Virus record (IMG/VR): IMGVR_UViG_3300042384_000288
Location: 1 to 64,000 of that record
Origin: a virus
Length of the DNA stretch: 64,000 bases
Direction: 5' to 3' (one strand)
The notes below the pieces were generated by a model that saw only the letters and a program-made list of their open reading frames with translations, had not been told where the DNA came from and did no database searches. Of this stretch, positions 15,209 to 24,486 are shown in pieces. Each line of letters opens with the position of its first letter. Positions within the stretch are counted from its first letter, which is position 1. The position numbers and the translations under genes are program-made.

Positions 15209-16389
15209 TAATTATCTCTATATAAATCTAAAGTTATGCAATGAAGTCCGCCGTCAACAAAAAATCGATGTCTCCATGGAATCACTATACATTCTATATT
15301 ATGCTGTCTTAATTTCTCTTTTACAACGGGCGTGATGTTCGAAACACAGATCGTATTGGCATCTAATGCCAATACATTAACATCAAATACAGATTCTGCA
15401 ATGTAACCAACCCAAGATTTAAGATTACCTTCGACAAATTTAATAAATTCGTCGTTGTGCTCTTCGCCTGCCAGCCACCATTTTCCGTTAACCTTTTCTC
15501 TCATCAACTTAAATTTAGTAATTAAATTTTGATATTCACTAGGCGGAATACCTATTACTGTATAGTCCGAAAAATAATTTTGATAATCAATTAAAGGATC
15601 GATACCTAGAATAACATTATTTCCTAGCACAGCAAAACATCCGTCTACGTGTCCTGCTTTTGAAGTAAATTGACGTATTGGACGAGGATCATTGATATGT
15701 TTAGCTAACCATTGGGGATAATCACAATATTCTGGTGCGTCAACATATATGTTATGATTAGTGTTAATGACATTTGGCCCCTGTAACGCACCCATTTCTT
15801 TAGTTTCGTATTCTAATGCCTGTTGAAAAGATTTTATTTCGTTAACAATAGATAGATCGTTAGGCCAGCATCCAGATACATAGTCTTGATACTGTGGCCA
15901 ATCCGATCCCGCTAATTCAACATACTTTTCGTGTGAATACCAAATATCTTTTTCTTGATTGTAATTATTTGATGCTGCAGACATCGAAGCAGAATAAAAT
16001 TCATCATTTTGATTTACTAAATTAATAACATTAGGGCAATATTTTTCTAATATTGGAGTAATTGGATTATAAAAATCTGGACTGAATTGATACATAGTAT
16101 CACCAATAACAGCGTGCAAGTTTCTTACATGTAACGGTGGAACATACGCATTATCTGAATCAAAATAACCTGTAGGAGTATCTGGTCTGATAACAGTACA
16201 ACCGTAGTCTTTGAGAGTCTTTTCAAAAATTTCAAGATCTTCATTAATCTCATGCGACATACGCATCAATGGCTCTCGCACTGAAGCAGATTTAATTTTT
16301 GAAAAAAATTCCGGATAAACGTAAGATCCTAACATTACGGATCTTAACTGTCCGTAGGTATTAAATTTTTGATAGGTATTATAACTCAT
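15208..16389 (-). CDS. Amidinotransferase-family protein (glycine/inosamine-phosphate amidinotransferase-like)
   Basis: N-terminal GQLRSVMLGS, GHVDG, FDVNVL and C-terminal DGGLHCITLDL carrying the catalytic Cys. Confidence 0.8.
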   Translation of the reverse strand: MSYNTYQKFNTYGQLRSVMLGSYVYPEFFSKIKSASVREPLMRMSHEINEDLEIFEKTLKDYGCTVIRPDTPTGYFDSDNAYVPPLHVRNLHAVIGDTMYQFSPDFYNPITPILEKYCPNVINLVNQNDEFYSASMSAASNNYNQEKDIWYSHEKYVELAGSDWPQYQDYVSGCWPNDLSIVNEIKSFQQALEYETKEMGALQGPNVINTNHNIYVDAPEYCDYPQWLAKHINDPRPIRQFTSKAGHVDGCFAVLGNNVILGIDPLIDYQNYFSDYTVIGIPPSEYQNLITKFKLMREKVNGKWWLAGEEHNDEFIKFVEGNLKSWVGYIAESVFDVNVLALDANTICVSNITPVVKEKLRQHNIECIVIPWRHRFFVDGGLHCITLDLYRDN

Positions 16390-16477
16390 CAGGCCAATTT
16401 CCTAAACCAGGGTGTGATTGCTCTACAAATTCTTCCATCCACTTAAGCAGTTGTTGAGATATTTCTTCTTGATGCAT
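16379..16477 (-). pseudogene. 32-aa ORF, probably a truncated gene start
   Basis: MHQEEISQQLLKWMEEFVEQSHPGLGNWPDEL; coupled to the gp47 stop (TAATG) and overlapping the amidinotransferase start. Confidence 0.45.
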
Positions 16478-17493
16478 TATAGGTGTCTGTAGATATCAAG
16501 TAAAAGTTTTGGATCATAATGATCGCTGTTGATATTAGTCAATTGATTAGTTACAATAGTGTCGATACTTTCAAACTGTATATTTCCTAATTGTATATCT
16601 TGTCCAATATCCATATTCTTAACAGGAATCAATGTAAGCTCACGTAGATTGTATGTACCTACAAATGTTTCTTTGATAAACGTAGCTTCTTCATAGGTAA
16701 TGTCTACGTCGATGTTTACACGACAGTGCATACTTGGTAATAGCAAAGTTTCTGGAGTGCGTAACATATCGCTTAGATTATATACTCGATATTTGGGCTG
16801 GTCGGGCCAAGCATGAAACTCTGGTTCAGCACCCCAAGTGAGTATCATCATACCACGTTCATCATCACCTGCATCTGCATAATTATGTGGAAACGCATTA
16901 CCAATGTATGTGATATTCTTATTAGTCTGGCGTTTGTGAAAGTGTCCGCTGAACATATGATCAACGTGACCAAAGTGTTCACCGCGTAGCTCGCCGTGTT
17001 CGGGCATCTGTACCATAGCATTCATAAAGAAGTGCGGCAATTCAAAATGCCCAAACATATACTTGGCATTCATTTTAGGAATCTTTTTGTAGTCGTCGCC
17101 TACTAGCCAAGGCACAATAGCTACATCACCTTCTGAGTAGAAATCATTTACAATTTCAATGTTAGGAATGTGCCTAGCCCATTCAGCTGACTGTATATCA
17201 CGCTTATCTCTATAGTATAGGTCATGATTGCCTGGAATAAAGATAACACGGTCGAAGGCTTTGCCTAACAATTCTAAGGCTGTTAGACTGTAGTTCAAAG
17301 TAACGATGTTAATAGCTGCACGGTTGTTATGCCAGTCACCTAGCATAAAGCAAGTATCGCATCCTTCTGCCTTTGCTTCTTCAATAAACCATTTAACAAA
17401 GTTTAAACAATCATCGTTATGTAGTTGACTGTTGGACTTTAGGCCAAAATGGATGTCGGTTAATACTGCTGCTTTTTTAAATAAGTTTGCCAT
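16477..17493 (-). CDS. gp47: Recombination endonuclease nuclease subunit (gp47/SbcD/Mre11-like)
   Basis: TDIHFG, LGDW, GNHD, GHFE and SGHFH metallophosphoesterase motifs. Confidence 0.95.
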   Translation of the reverse strand: MANLFKKAAVLTDIHFGLKSNSQLHNDDCLNFVKWFIEEAKAEGCDTCFMLGDWHNNRAAINIVTLNYSLTALELLGKAFDRVIFIPGNHDLYYRDKRDIQSAEWARHIPNIEIVNDFYSEGDVAIVPWLVGDDYKKIPKMNAKYMFGHFELPHFFMNAMVQMPEHGELRGEHFGHVDHMFSGHFHKRQTNKNITYIGNAFPHNYADAGDDERGMMILTWGAEPEFHAWPDQPKYRVYNLSDMLRTPETLLLPSMHCRVNIDVDITYEEATFIKETFVGTYNLRELTLIPVKNMDIGQDIQLGNIQFESIDTIVTNQLTNINSDHYDPKLLLDIYRHL

Positions 17494-17499
17494 AGTTTA

Positions 17500-18444
17500 T
17501 TATATGATAGATACTCCGCAGTGTCTAATAGTTTGGTTAATTGAATAAGAATAAATTGATTGGTATTTACTAGTTATTATATGGTTAACTTCTTCAGTAT
17601 TCAAAACTAAATCTGTATCTGTGTAAGGATTTTTAATATAATTAATTTTGTCGAAATGTTCTGTTAAGTACTCTAAAAAAGTAAAGGAAATAGATTTCTT
17701 ATAAAAAATTTTTAAAAGTAGCAGTAAGTTAATAAATGTAATAATACTTTTGAGAGAATGCTTGATGTCAGTTTCACTTATAGTAAACGGAGCAGAACTT
17801 TTTATTAATTTAAGATTTTGATTGTATGACGCTGTTGTAGTTGTCATACAAAAGTTTAAATTTTGAGCGATTGATTGGCTGATGACCGTAGGATACAAGT
17901 TTATCCTAAGTATTGAAAAAATATTTTTACTATTAGTTAGTTTTTTAAAGTTATTAGATTCAAATAATGTCTCACTATGGTGTAAATACGGTAATTTTAA
18001 AATGTCCGCTAACACATGTGTTCCGGTTCTGCCAGGCGAAAATATAATTGCCTCAGAGCAATTGCTTGCATTTAAATCAAGTTGATCCATCCAGTAGAAC
18101 TCATCAACTGCCCATAGTCTTAAAGTCAGACCTTGAAGCCATATACTATACGTGAAATCTTCAACGTTAACTACATTTTCAAGACAAGTTACATCGTTGT
18201 CGTATGAGGTTATTATCTTTATAACCCGACAAAAATCTTTTAATTGAAATAATTCTGTATCCTCTATCGTGTCTGCCGACGTCAAATCAGTGACAGAATT
18301 TGGATTATTTTTCAAAAACTGTATCTTACTATCTAATGTTTTGTAATTTGCAATAGTGTTAATTGGTGTTAATTTTGAAATAACTGCAAATTTATTTTTA
18401 ACAGTAGAATTTCCGTTGTGCAATAACAAAACAGGTTTACTCAT
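17500..18444 (-). CDS. AT-rich hypothetical protein with sulfotransferase-like motif
   Basis: IFSPGRTGTHVL resembles the PAPS-binding loop; later R...SQSIA. Likely start MSKPV at 18444, overlapping the gp55 stop. Confidence 0.5.
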   Translation of the reverse strand: MSKPVLLLHNGNSTVKNKFAVISKLTPINTIANYKTLDSKIQFLKNNPNSVTDLTSADTIEDTELFQLKDFCRVIKIITSYDNDVTCLENVVNVEDFTYSIWLQGLTLRLWAVDEFYWMDQLDLNASNCSEAIIFSPGRTGTHVLADILKLPYLHHSETLFESNNFKKLTNSKNIFSILRINLYPTVISQSIAQNLNFCMTTTTASYNQNLKLIKSSAPFTISETDIKHSLKSIITFINLLLLLKIFYKKSISFTFLEYLTEHFDKINYIKNPYTDTDLVLNTEEVNHIITSKYQSIYSYSINQTIRHCGVSII

Positions 18445-19312
18445 CGGCACCCCAACCACCACCGCCCCAATCACCTTGTCTAGTATACGAAGGAGCATAA
18501 TTATTCATCTCTAAGATGTCATCTCGAATGTTTTGATTGCGTTTTTCGATGTTTAATACACGGGTAAAGCTGTTGGTAATTGCCGCGGTGTAGTAGGCAA
18601 ATGGGTTTTGACTTTTGGCTTCATCAAACTGTAGACCAATTTGACTTAGTTGCAACAGAGCTTGACTACGCATTTCATCATTGTAGGTATAACCACGCCA
18701 GTTTGAACGGGTAGCATAGCGTTCACATAACTTCACAAACATGTGCGCTAATTTAGGAGTCATCTGTCCGTGATCTTTACTGAATTCTCCCGGAGTGATA
18801 CCACCTTTCCAGTGACTTTTGCCTACTAATACTGGAGTTAGATCTTGATCAACGCAGTAATGTTGAAATGGAGGAAAATTTATTTTAACATATTTGGCCG
18901 CACCTTTGACTACAACTGGTTCGTCGTATTCTGTTTCAAAATTATCTTCGTCGTATTCTTCTTGTGCTTTAGCATCAGCTTTGCGCTGTTTAACGGTGTC
19001 GATGGGTATGTGTTCCCAGGTCATAACACGAAATACCACATCAGTAACTGGAATATTTTCTACAGGAATAGCAAACTCATCTAATTTTCTTTTATTACCT
19101 AGCAATAGTTCAGCATCTTGCTGTTCTTTGGCTAATCGTTCGCTACGTAGTTTTCTAGCTTCTGCTACTGCTTTTTTGGTAATATTTGCAACTCCACTAA
19201 CAATAGTATCATAGTTGGCTACTCCGGGATCAGAGAATGTACAGTAGGTTAATTTACTTTTGTGGATTTCTTTAAGAATATCTTTATTATTCAAATAATT
19301 TACGCGACGCAT
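18437..19312 (-). CDS. gp55: Late-transcription sigma factor (gp55-like)
   Basis: NYLNNKDIL, NWRGYTYNDEM and FDEAKSQNPFAYYT motifs; adjacent to gp47/gp46 as in T4-like phages. Confidence 0.92.
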   Translation of the reverse strand: MRRVNYLNNKDILKEIHKSKLTYCTFSDPGVANYDTIVSGVANITKKAVAEARKLRSERLAKEQQDAELLLGNKRKLDEFAIPVENIPVTDVVFRVMTWEHIPIDTVKQRKADAKAQEEYDEDNFETEYDEPVVVKGAAKYVKINFPPFQHYCVDQDLTPVLVGKSHWKGGITPGEFSKDHGQMTPKLAHMFVKLCERYATRSNWRGYTYNDEMRSQALLQLSQIGLQFDEAKSQNPFAYYTAAITNSFTRVLNIEKRNQNIRDDILEMNNYAPSYTRQGDWGGGGWGADE

Positions 19313-19392
19313 CTACTTTCCTTTTAATTTATCTGCTTCCTTTCTAGCTTAACAGCCTTTTTCATAGATTGGGTTTTCTTTTAACTACTACT

Positions 19393-19421
19393 ATTATATA
19401 GCCTATAAATACACTATACAA
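19393..19421 (-). promoter_or_regulatory. Sigma70-type promoter for gp55
   Basis: TTGTAT-17 bp-TATAAT on the minus strand. Confidence 0.6.
19404..19411 (+). promoter_or_regulatory. Late promoter TATAAATA for the baseplate operon
   Basis: Perfect T4 late consensus, followed by an AGAGG SD and ATG 19436. Confidence 0.75.
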
Positions 19422-19435
19422 GAGGTAATTGGATT

Positions 19436-20839
19436 ATGGCAATTTTTGTTTACGACACTGTGGTTAAAGATCCGGACACTGGACAAGATATCCAGTTTGG
19501 TCAATTGAGTGAACGTGATCAACGACAAATTCTAGCAGAGGATGAAGCTGCATCTGATGCTTCAATGAGTGAGTCGTTTAGGCAGTTCAAAGCTAGTACA
19601 GGAACGGCCAGTTACGAAATAGCAACACCTGGGTATGTTGCTGGACCAGTTACAGCAACCAGTGGAAGTTACAGTCGTGAAACAGGATACAAGCCTACTG
19701 AAAGTACAGCTCCGGATTCTGAAGGTGGATTTGCTGGTGATCAAACTGTAGCGTCAGGTGGCGGGTATGATCCTCGAGCGTTAGAGCCATATACAGGAGC
19801 ACCCGATTTTAACGCAACAACCACATGGACTGGCGGAGGTTATGATCCAGATGCTCGAGCCGGTGGATATGATCCAACAACAGGTTATGTAGAAAGTGCA
19901 GGTAACAGTCTTGGCGGGCAGGCAGCCATATCAGAGAATTATACAGGAGCTCCAGATTTTCGTGGCGGCGGGTACGACCCAAGTATTGAGGGATTAAGTG
20001 ATCCAAAAAACCAGCGACTTGCTGCCGCAGGTATTAAAGAAGGTGGAGAAGCTAGCAATCCCGCAGCGGAACCTAGTGTTGCGTTCAGCACAGAACCGGA
20101 TACCGGCAATGCTAACATGGATAAAGATTGGCGAGTGCGCATAAGTCTGTCAGAACGTGCTAGATTTTTTTATAATGCAGTAGAAGGCAACCAACTATTA
20201 ATTCCACTAAAAAGCACCAACGGAGTTATTTTTCCTTATACTCCTAATATCACTGTGTCGCACGTTGCCACTTACTCACCAGTAAATCCAACACACAGTA
20301 ACTACGCACAGAACTTTTATAATAACAGTGATGTAAGTGACATAACTATCCAGGGTGATTTTACTGTGCAAAATATAGAAGAAGGAAAATATCTAATGGC
20401 TGTTATATACTTTTTTCGTGCAGCTACCAAGATGTTTTTTGGGCAAGGTCAGGGAGTAGGCAATCCTCCACCGATAGTGTTCTTAGACGGTTACGGCAGT
20501 CACTACTTTCCGCATGTTCCTTGTGTGATTACAAACTTTACTCACACATTGGCTGCGGATGTAGACTACATGGAAATTCCTATGCTGGTCAAAACATTAA
20601 CTAGTACTCAGACAGGAGTAAATCCTGAGCGAGCAGATAATTTGCCTGGACCGAGACTTGGTGTTGTTCAAAAGAACTTTGATACCGAGATCACCAGGTT
20701 ACCCACTAGCAGTTCTATAAGTATTACATTGAAACCACAGTATAGTCGCAAAAATCTTCATGACAGATTTGATCTTACTAAATTTGCCGCAGGCGAATTA
20801 TTGCGTGATAAAACTAACGGGTATGGAGGATTCTTATAA
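19436..20839 (+). CDS. Baseplate-tail tube junction protein (gp48/gp54-like) with low-complexity N-terminal extension
   Basis: GVIFPYTPNI, GNPPPIVFLDGYG and VPCVITNF motifs; directly upstream of the gp53-like gene. Confidence 0.6.
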   Translation: MAIFVYDTVVKDPDTGQDIQFGQLSERDQRQILAEDEAASDASMSESFRQFKASTGTASYEIATPGYVAGPVTATSGSYSRETGYKPTESTAPDSEGGFAGDQTVASGGGYDPRALEPYTGAPDFNATTTWTGGGYDPDARAGGYDPTTGYVESAGNSLGGQAAISENYTGAPDFRGGGYDPSIEGLSDPKNQRLAAAGIKEGGEASNPAAEPSVAFSTEPDTGNANMDKDWRVRISLSERARFFYNAVEGNQLLIPLKSTNGVIFPYTPNITVSHVATYSPVNPTHSNYAQNFYNNSDVSDITIQGDFTVQNIEEGKYLMAVIYFFRAATKMFFGQGQGVGNPPPIVFLDGYGSHYFPHVPCVITNFTHTLAADVDYMEIPMLVKTLTSTQTGVNPERADNLPGPRLGVVQKNFDTEITRLPTSSSISITLKPQYSRKNLHDRFDLTKFAAGELLRDKTNGYGGFL

Positions 20840-21141
20840 TGTCAGTAGCTTACAGTAGACACAGTCCTTATTTTAATAATGAGTCGTTTGGACCATTTTT
20901 AGATGTGTCAACCTTGCCTAGTATACCGTATGATCCCACGGATGTAGTCTACGAAATTGATGCTATCTATAAGCATCGTCCGGACTTATTGGCCTATGAT
21001 TTGTACGATAACAGCGCCTTATATTGGGTATTTTCGGCACGTAACCCTAATACAATGAAAGATCCAATTTTTGATTTCTTGCCTGGTGCTACTATATACA
21101 TTCCAAAAAAAGCCACACTCACAGCAATACTAGGAATATAA
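20839..21141 (+). CDS. gp53: Baseplate wedge protein (gp53-like, LysM-type)
   Basis: HRPDLLAYDLYDNSALYWV...IYIP motif. Confidence 0.8.
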   Translation: MSVAYSRHSPYFNNESFGPFLDVSTLPSIPYDPTDVVYEIDAIYKHRPDLLAYDLYDNSALYWVFSARNPNTMKDPIFDFLPGATIYIPKKATLTAILGI

Positions 21142-21144
21142 TTA

Positions 21145-24100
21145 ATGGCAGAAAATGCATTAGTCAAAGTAATTTCCAATAGCCCGGGTTATGGTATTTT
21201 TGAAGACTCTACAGGAGCCACTGTTAAACGCGCCGGTGATAGAAACTGGCGCAATAATAATCCAGGAAACCTTGAATTTGGTAGCTTCGCCCAGTCTAAT
21301 GGAGCAATAGGAACCGACGGAAGATTTGCTATTTTTCCTACTTACGCTGCGGGACGTGCTGCTAAAGAGAAATTACTGTTTGGGGACACGCGATATCGAG
21401 GCAAAACTATTGCAGAAGCAATTTCAATATATGCTCCAGAATCTGAAAATAATACCACGTCTTATATTAACAGCGTTACTAAGGCAGTAGGTTTACCATC
21501 TAGTACTCAAATGAGCAGACTAACCCCTGCTCAAAGAACAACAATGTTAGATGCAGTGCAGAAAGTAGAAGGGTTTAAGGTAGGAACTATATCAGAAATT
21601 GACCCAGCAAAAATTCCTGTAGTGCCGCCACCGCCCGCAGTAGGTGAAACAATAATTGATCCGGCTACAGGACAAAGACTCAGAGTAGCCACTGAAGAAG
21701 ATATTAGACGTAACGGTGTACTGGGCGGAACTAATAACGCAAGAAAAACAGTAGAACCACCTTCAGAATCCGGAGTAAGGCAAACAATAAACGTAACACC
21801 AATACCTAATCCGTTACATGCCTATGCTAGTTATACCTATGGTTTAAGTTTAGCTATGCTGACAATTGAAGAATACAACGATGTTATTAAAACACAAAAC
21901 TATATACCTAAAAGAGTGTTAATAGCCAGTGCAGGCAGGCATAATCAAACAAAAGAGCCCAATGGTCCTGCCGAATTTACTCGAGCACAGTATTTCAGTG
22001 AAGATTTCTTTTTTGAAAGTCTTGAAGTAGAAACAGTAATTGGTCTTAATGAAAGAACTCGCGCCACTAATGCTTTAACTTTTAACTTTACTATAATTGA
22101 ACCATTTGGTATAAGTTTAATAGATAGAATTATTAAATTAGCTAGTTCTCCAGAAGTTAAATCTAGAAATTATCTAGAACAACCATATCTACTGCAGATT
22201 GATTTTTTTGCAATTAATGACGCAGGTATAATTATAGGAGCTCTTCCTACTCAAACAAAACGTATCCCCATACAAATTTTGACCTTAGACATAGATGCTA
22301 GCAACAAAGGTGCAGTCTATAAGATTGCAGCAACAGTGTACAGTCACAGTGCATATAGCGTAAACACAATGGCTACGCCAGCACACTTTGAAATAGTAGC
22401 CGGAACAGTCGCTAGTTTCTTTCAAAGTACAGAAACTGAATCATCGCTAACTGGCGCTAAAAAACAACGCGAGCCAATCAGAAAAGATATTACTATAGGC
22501 GCCGACGGACTAGCACGTGGGCCCACCGGAGAAGTTGTGCCGTTAACCGCAGTAGATCAAAGAACTGCGGCTATTGTTAGTGCAGACCCTATTTACAAAG
22601 TTAAAAGCTACGGCAGTGCGTACAACGCATACTACAATGATCTAGTTAGAACTAATAAAATTAAAGTTGCTGATAAAATTTATTTTAAGTTTGCTGAAGA
22701 ATTTCAAAAAGCTAAATTTATATTAGGCAAAAAATTAAGTCCTAAAGATACTCCAATGGCTGAAGCCAGCACAGAGATTACAATACGTGCTGGAAAAACT
22801 GATGCAGCCAACGCTAACTTGGATTATAAAACAGCCATCTTTAGTATTAACGCTGGTACTAGCATTGACATGGTTATTAATTATGTAATACGTAATAGTG
22901 ATTATATACAAAATCAACTGACTGTTCCGGAAGATTATGGGTCAGATGTTGAATCATTCTTGGCTAAGAAAAAATCAAATAAAGATTTACCGTTAAAGTG
23001 GTTTAAGATAATCCCGCAGGTTGTACTAATAGAATATGATGGTATTAGAAAAGTTTGGGGTAGGGAAATTACCTATAATATTATTCCTTATGAAGTATAC
23101 AATACTAAAATTTCAGCGGCGCCACAAGGAACATGGAGCCATCCGATCAAACAATATAACTATTACTATACAGGAAAAAATGTAGATGTATTAGATTTCA
23201 AAATAGAATTTAACGCACTATATTTCACTGCGGTTACTGCATATAAAAACCACATGTCTCAAACCTACGGGCTAACGGATTATGACGATAGAGAACTTAA
23301 TCCAGACAACTATGTTGGCATGGAAAGTGGGCCCAACGCTATACAACCTATGAAAGAGTCTCGAGTTATTATTGATAGTCAGGCTAGGGCCACTGGCGGT
23401 AGTTACACTCCTAAGGCAGCCGCAGCTGCAGATGTACAGCAGAGTATATATACCACAGCCAATGGTGATATGATACAAGGTAGTTTGCGAATAATTGGTG
23501 ATCCTCAATTTATCAAACAGGATGATGTTTTTTATCCACCGTTTGATGTTATAGATCCTATTTCAGGAAAAAAAGGAACTCCGCCGGCAACGTCGGATCA
23601 AAGATTAATTGCAGACGGAAGTTTGCAAATGGACAATAGAGAAGTGTATGTTAGTGTTACCTTCAAAACACCAAATGATGTAAGTGAAGTTACTGGCTTA
23701 GCTAATTTTTCATCTGACTTTCAGCAGACAAGTATGTTTTCGGGTATGTATAGAGTACTTACTGTTAAAAATACTTTCAGCGGCGGAAGATTTGAACAGG
23801 TGCTTGAGATAGTAAGATTGCCTAGACAAACAAGTCTTGAGTATAATACTAATAATCAAACCACTCAACGTTCTGAAACTGATGAAAAATCCACAGTGGC
23901 AAATGCTATACCGGCACCACCAACAACAGCAACTAATAACACAGCGACTCCCTTACCCGAAGCAACACCAGCACCTGGTAATAAACCTGTAGAAGAAACT
24001 GCAGCACCAGTACAATCAGCTGAACAAAAAGAACTAGCAAAAGTTGCAGACACTGCAGAAGAAAAACCAATTACTCAAGCTACAGTAGTTGAAGAACCAC

Positions 24101-24468
24101 CGGCTGTTCCTCCAGCGCATGGGCCTGGCCCAGAGAAATTGGCATTAAAAGCTACATCCGATCAAGCCAGAGCCGCAAGAGATCAAGCACAATCTGCAGC
24201 AAATGCTGCGTTAGATGCAGTTGCGCAAATTGAATCTAGAATTGAGACTATACGTGCTAACCTTGATAGATATCCCGACAGAGTAGCACGGGGAGTATTA
24301 ACACAAGCCGAAGCTGACCCATTAATTGCTAATAATCAACAATCCTTGGCTCTAGCACAGAATCAGTTAGCAACTGCACAAGCTAAGTATGCACCTCTAG
24401 ATGCAGCCAATAAAGCTGCACAAACTGCATTTGTTAACGCATTAGATGCATACGCAAGAGCATCATAA
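21145..24468 (+). CDS. Baseplate hub protein with N-terminal lysozyme-like domain
   Basis: RNNNPGNL...FAIF...YAP.SENNT domain; hub-like IIGDP and SGMYRVLTV motifs; located between gp53 and gp5. Confidence 0.65.
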   Translation: MAENALVKVISNSPGYGIFEDSTGATVKRAGDRNWRNNNPGNLEFGSFAQSNGAIGTDGRFAIFPTYAAGRAAKEKLLFGDTRYRGKTIAEAISIYAPESENNTTSYINSVTKAVGLPSSTQMSRLTPAQRTTMLDAVQKVEGFKVGTISEIDPAKIPVVPPPPAVGETIIDPATGQRLRVATEEDIRRNGVLGGTNNARKTVEPPSESGVRQTINVTPIPNPLHAYASYTYGLSLAMLTIEEYNDVIKTQNYIPKRVLIASAGRHNQTKEPNGPAEFTRAQYFSEDFFFESLEVETVIGLNERTRATNALTFNFTIIEPFGISLIDRIIKLASSPEVKSRNYLEQPYLLQIDFFAINDAGIIIGALPTQTKRIPIQILTLDIDASNKGAVYKIAATVYSHSAYSVNTMATPAHFEIVAGTVASFFQSTETESSLTGAKKQREPIRKDITIGADGLARGPTGEVVPLTAVDQRTAAIVSADPIYKVKSYGSAYNAYYNDLVRTNKIKVADKIYFKFAEEFQKAKFILGKKLSPKDTPMAEASTEITIRAGKTDAANANLDYKTAIFSINAGTSIDMVINYVIRNSDYIQNQLTVPEDYGSDVESFLAKKKSNKDLPLKWFKIIPQVVLIEYDGIRKVWGREITYNIIPYEVYNTKISAAPQGTWSHPIKQYNYYYTGKNVDVLDFKIEFNALYFTAVTAYKNHMSQTYGLTDYDDRELNPDNYVGMESGPNAIQPMKESRVIIDSQARATGGSYTPKAAAAADVQQSIYTTANGDMIQGSLRIIGDPQFIKQDDVFYPPFDVIDPISGKKGTPPATSDQRLIADGSLQMDNREVYVSVTFKTPNDVSEVTGLANFSSDFQQTSMFSGMYRVLTVKNTFSGGRFEQVLEIVRLPRQTSLEYNTNNQTTQRSETDEKSTVANAIPAPPTTATNNTATPLPEATPAPGNKPVEETAAPVQSAEQKELAKVADTAEEKPITQATVVEEPPAVPPAHGPGPEKLALKATSDQARAARDQAQSAANAALDAVAQIESRIETIRANLDRYPDRVARGVLTQAEADPLIANNQQSLALAQNQLATAQAKYAPLDAANKAAQTAFVNALDAYARAS

Positions 24469-24486
24469 TAAACAAGGTAATTATAA

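Noticed and set aside
19324-19365. 13-aa upstream ORF (MKKAVKLERKQIN) before gp55
   Set aside because: Too short, with no SD or motif; cannot be distinguished from chance.
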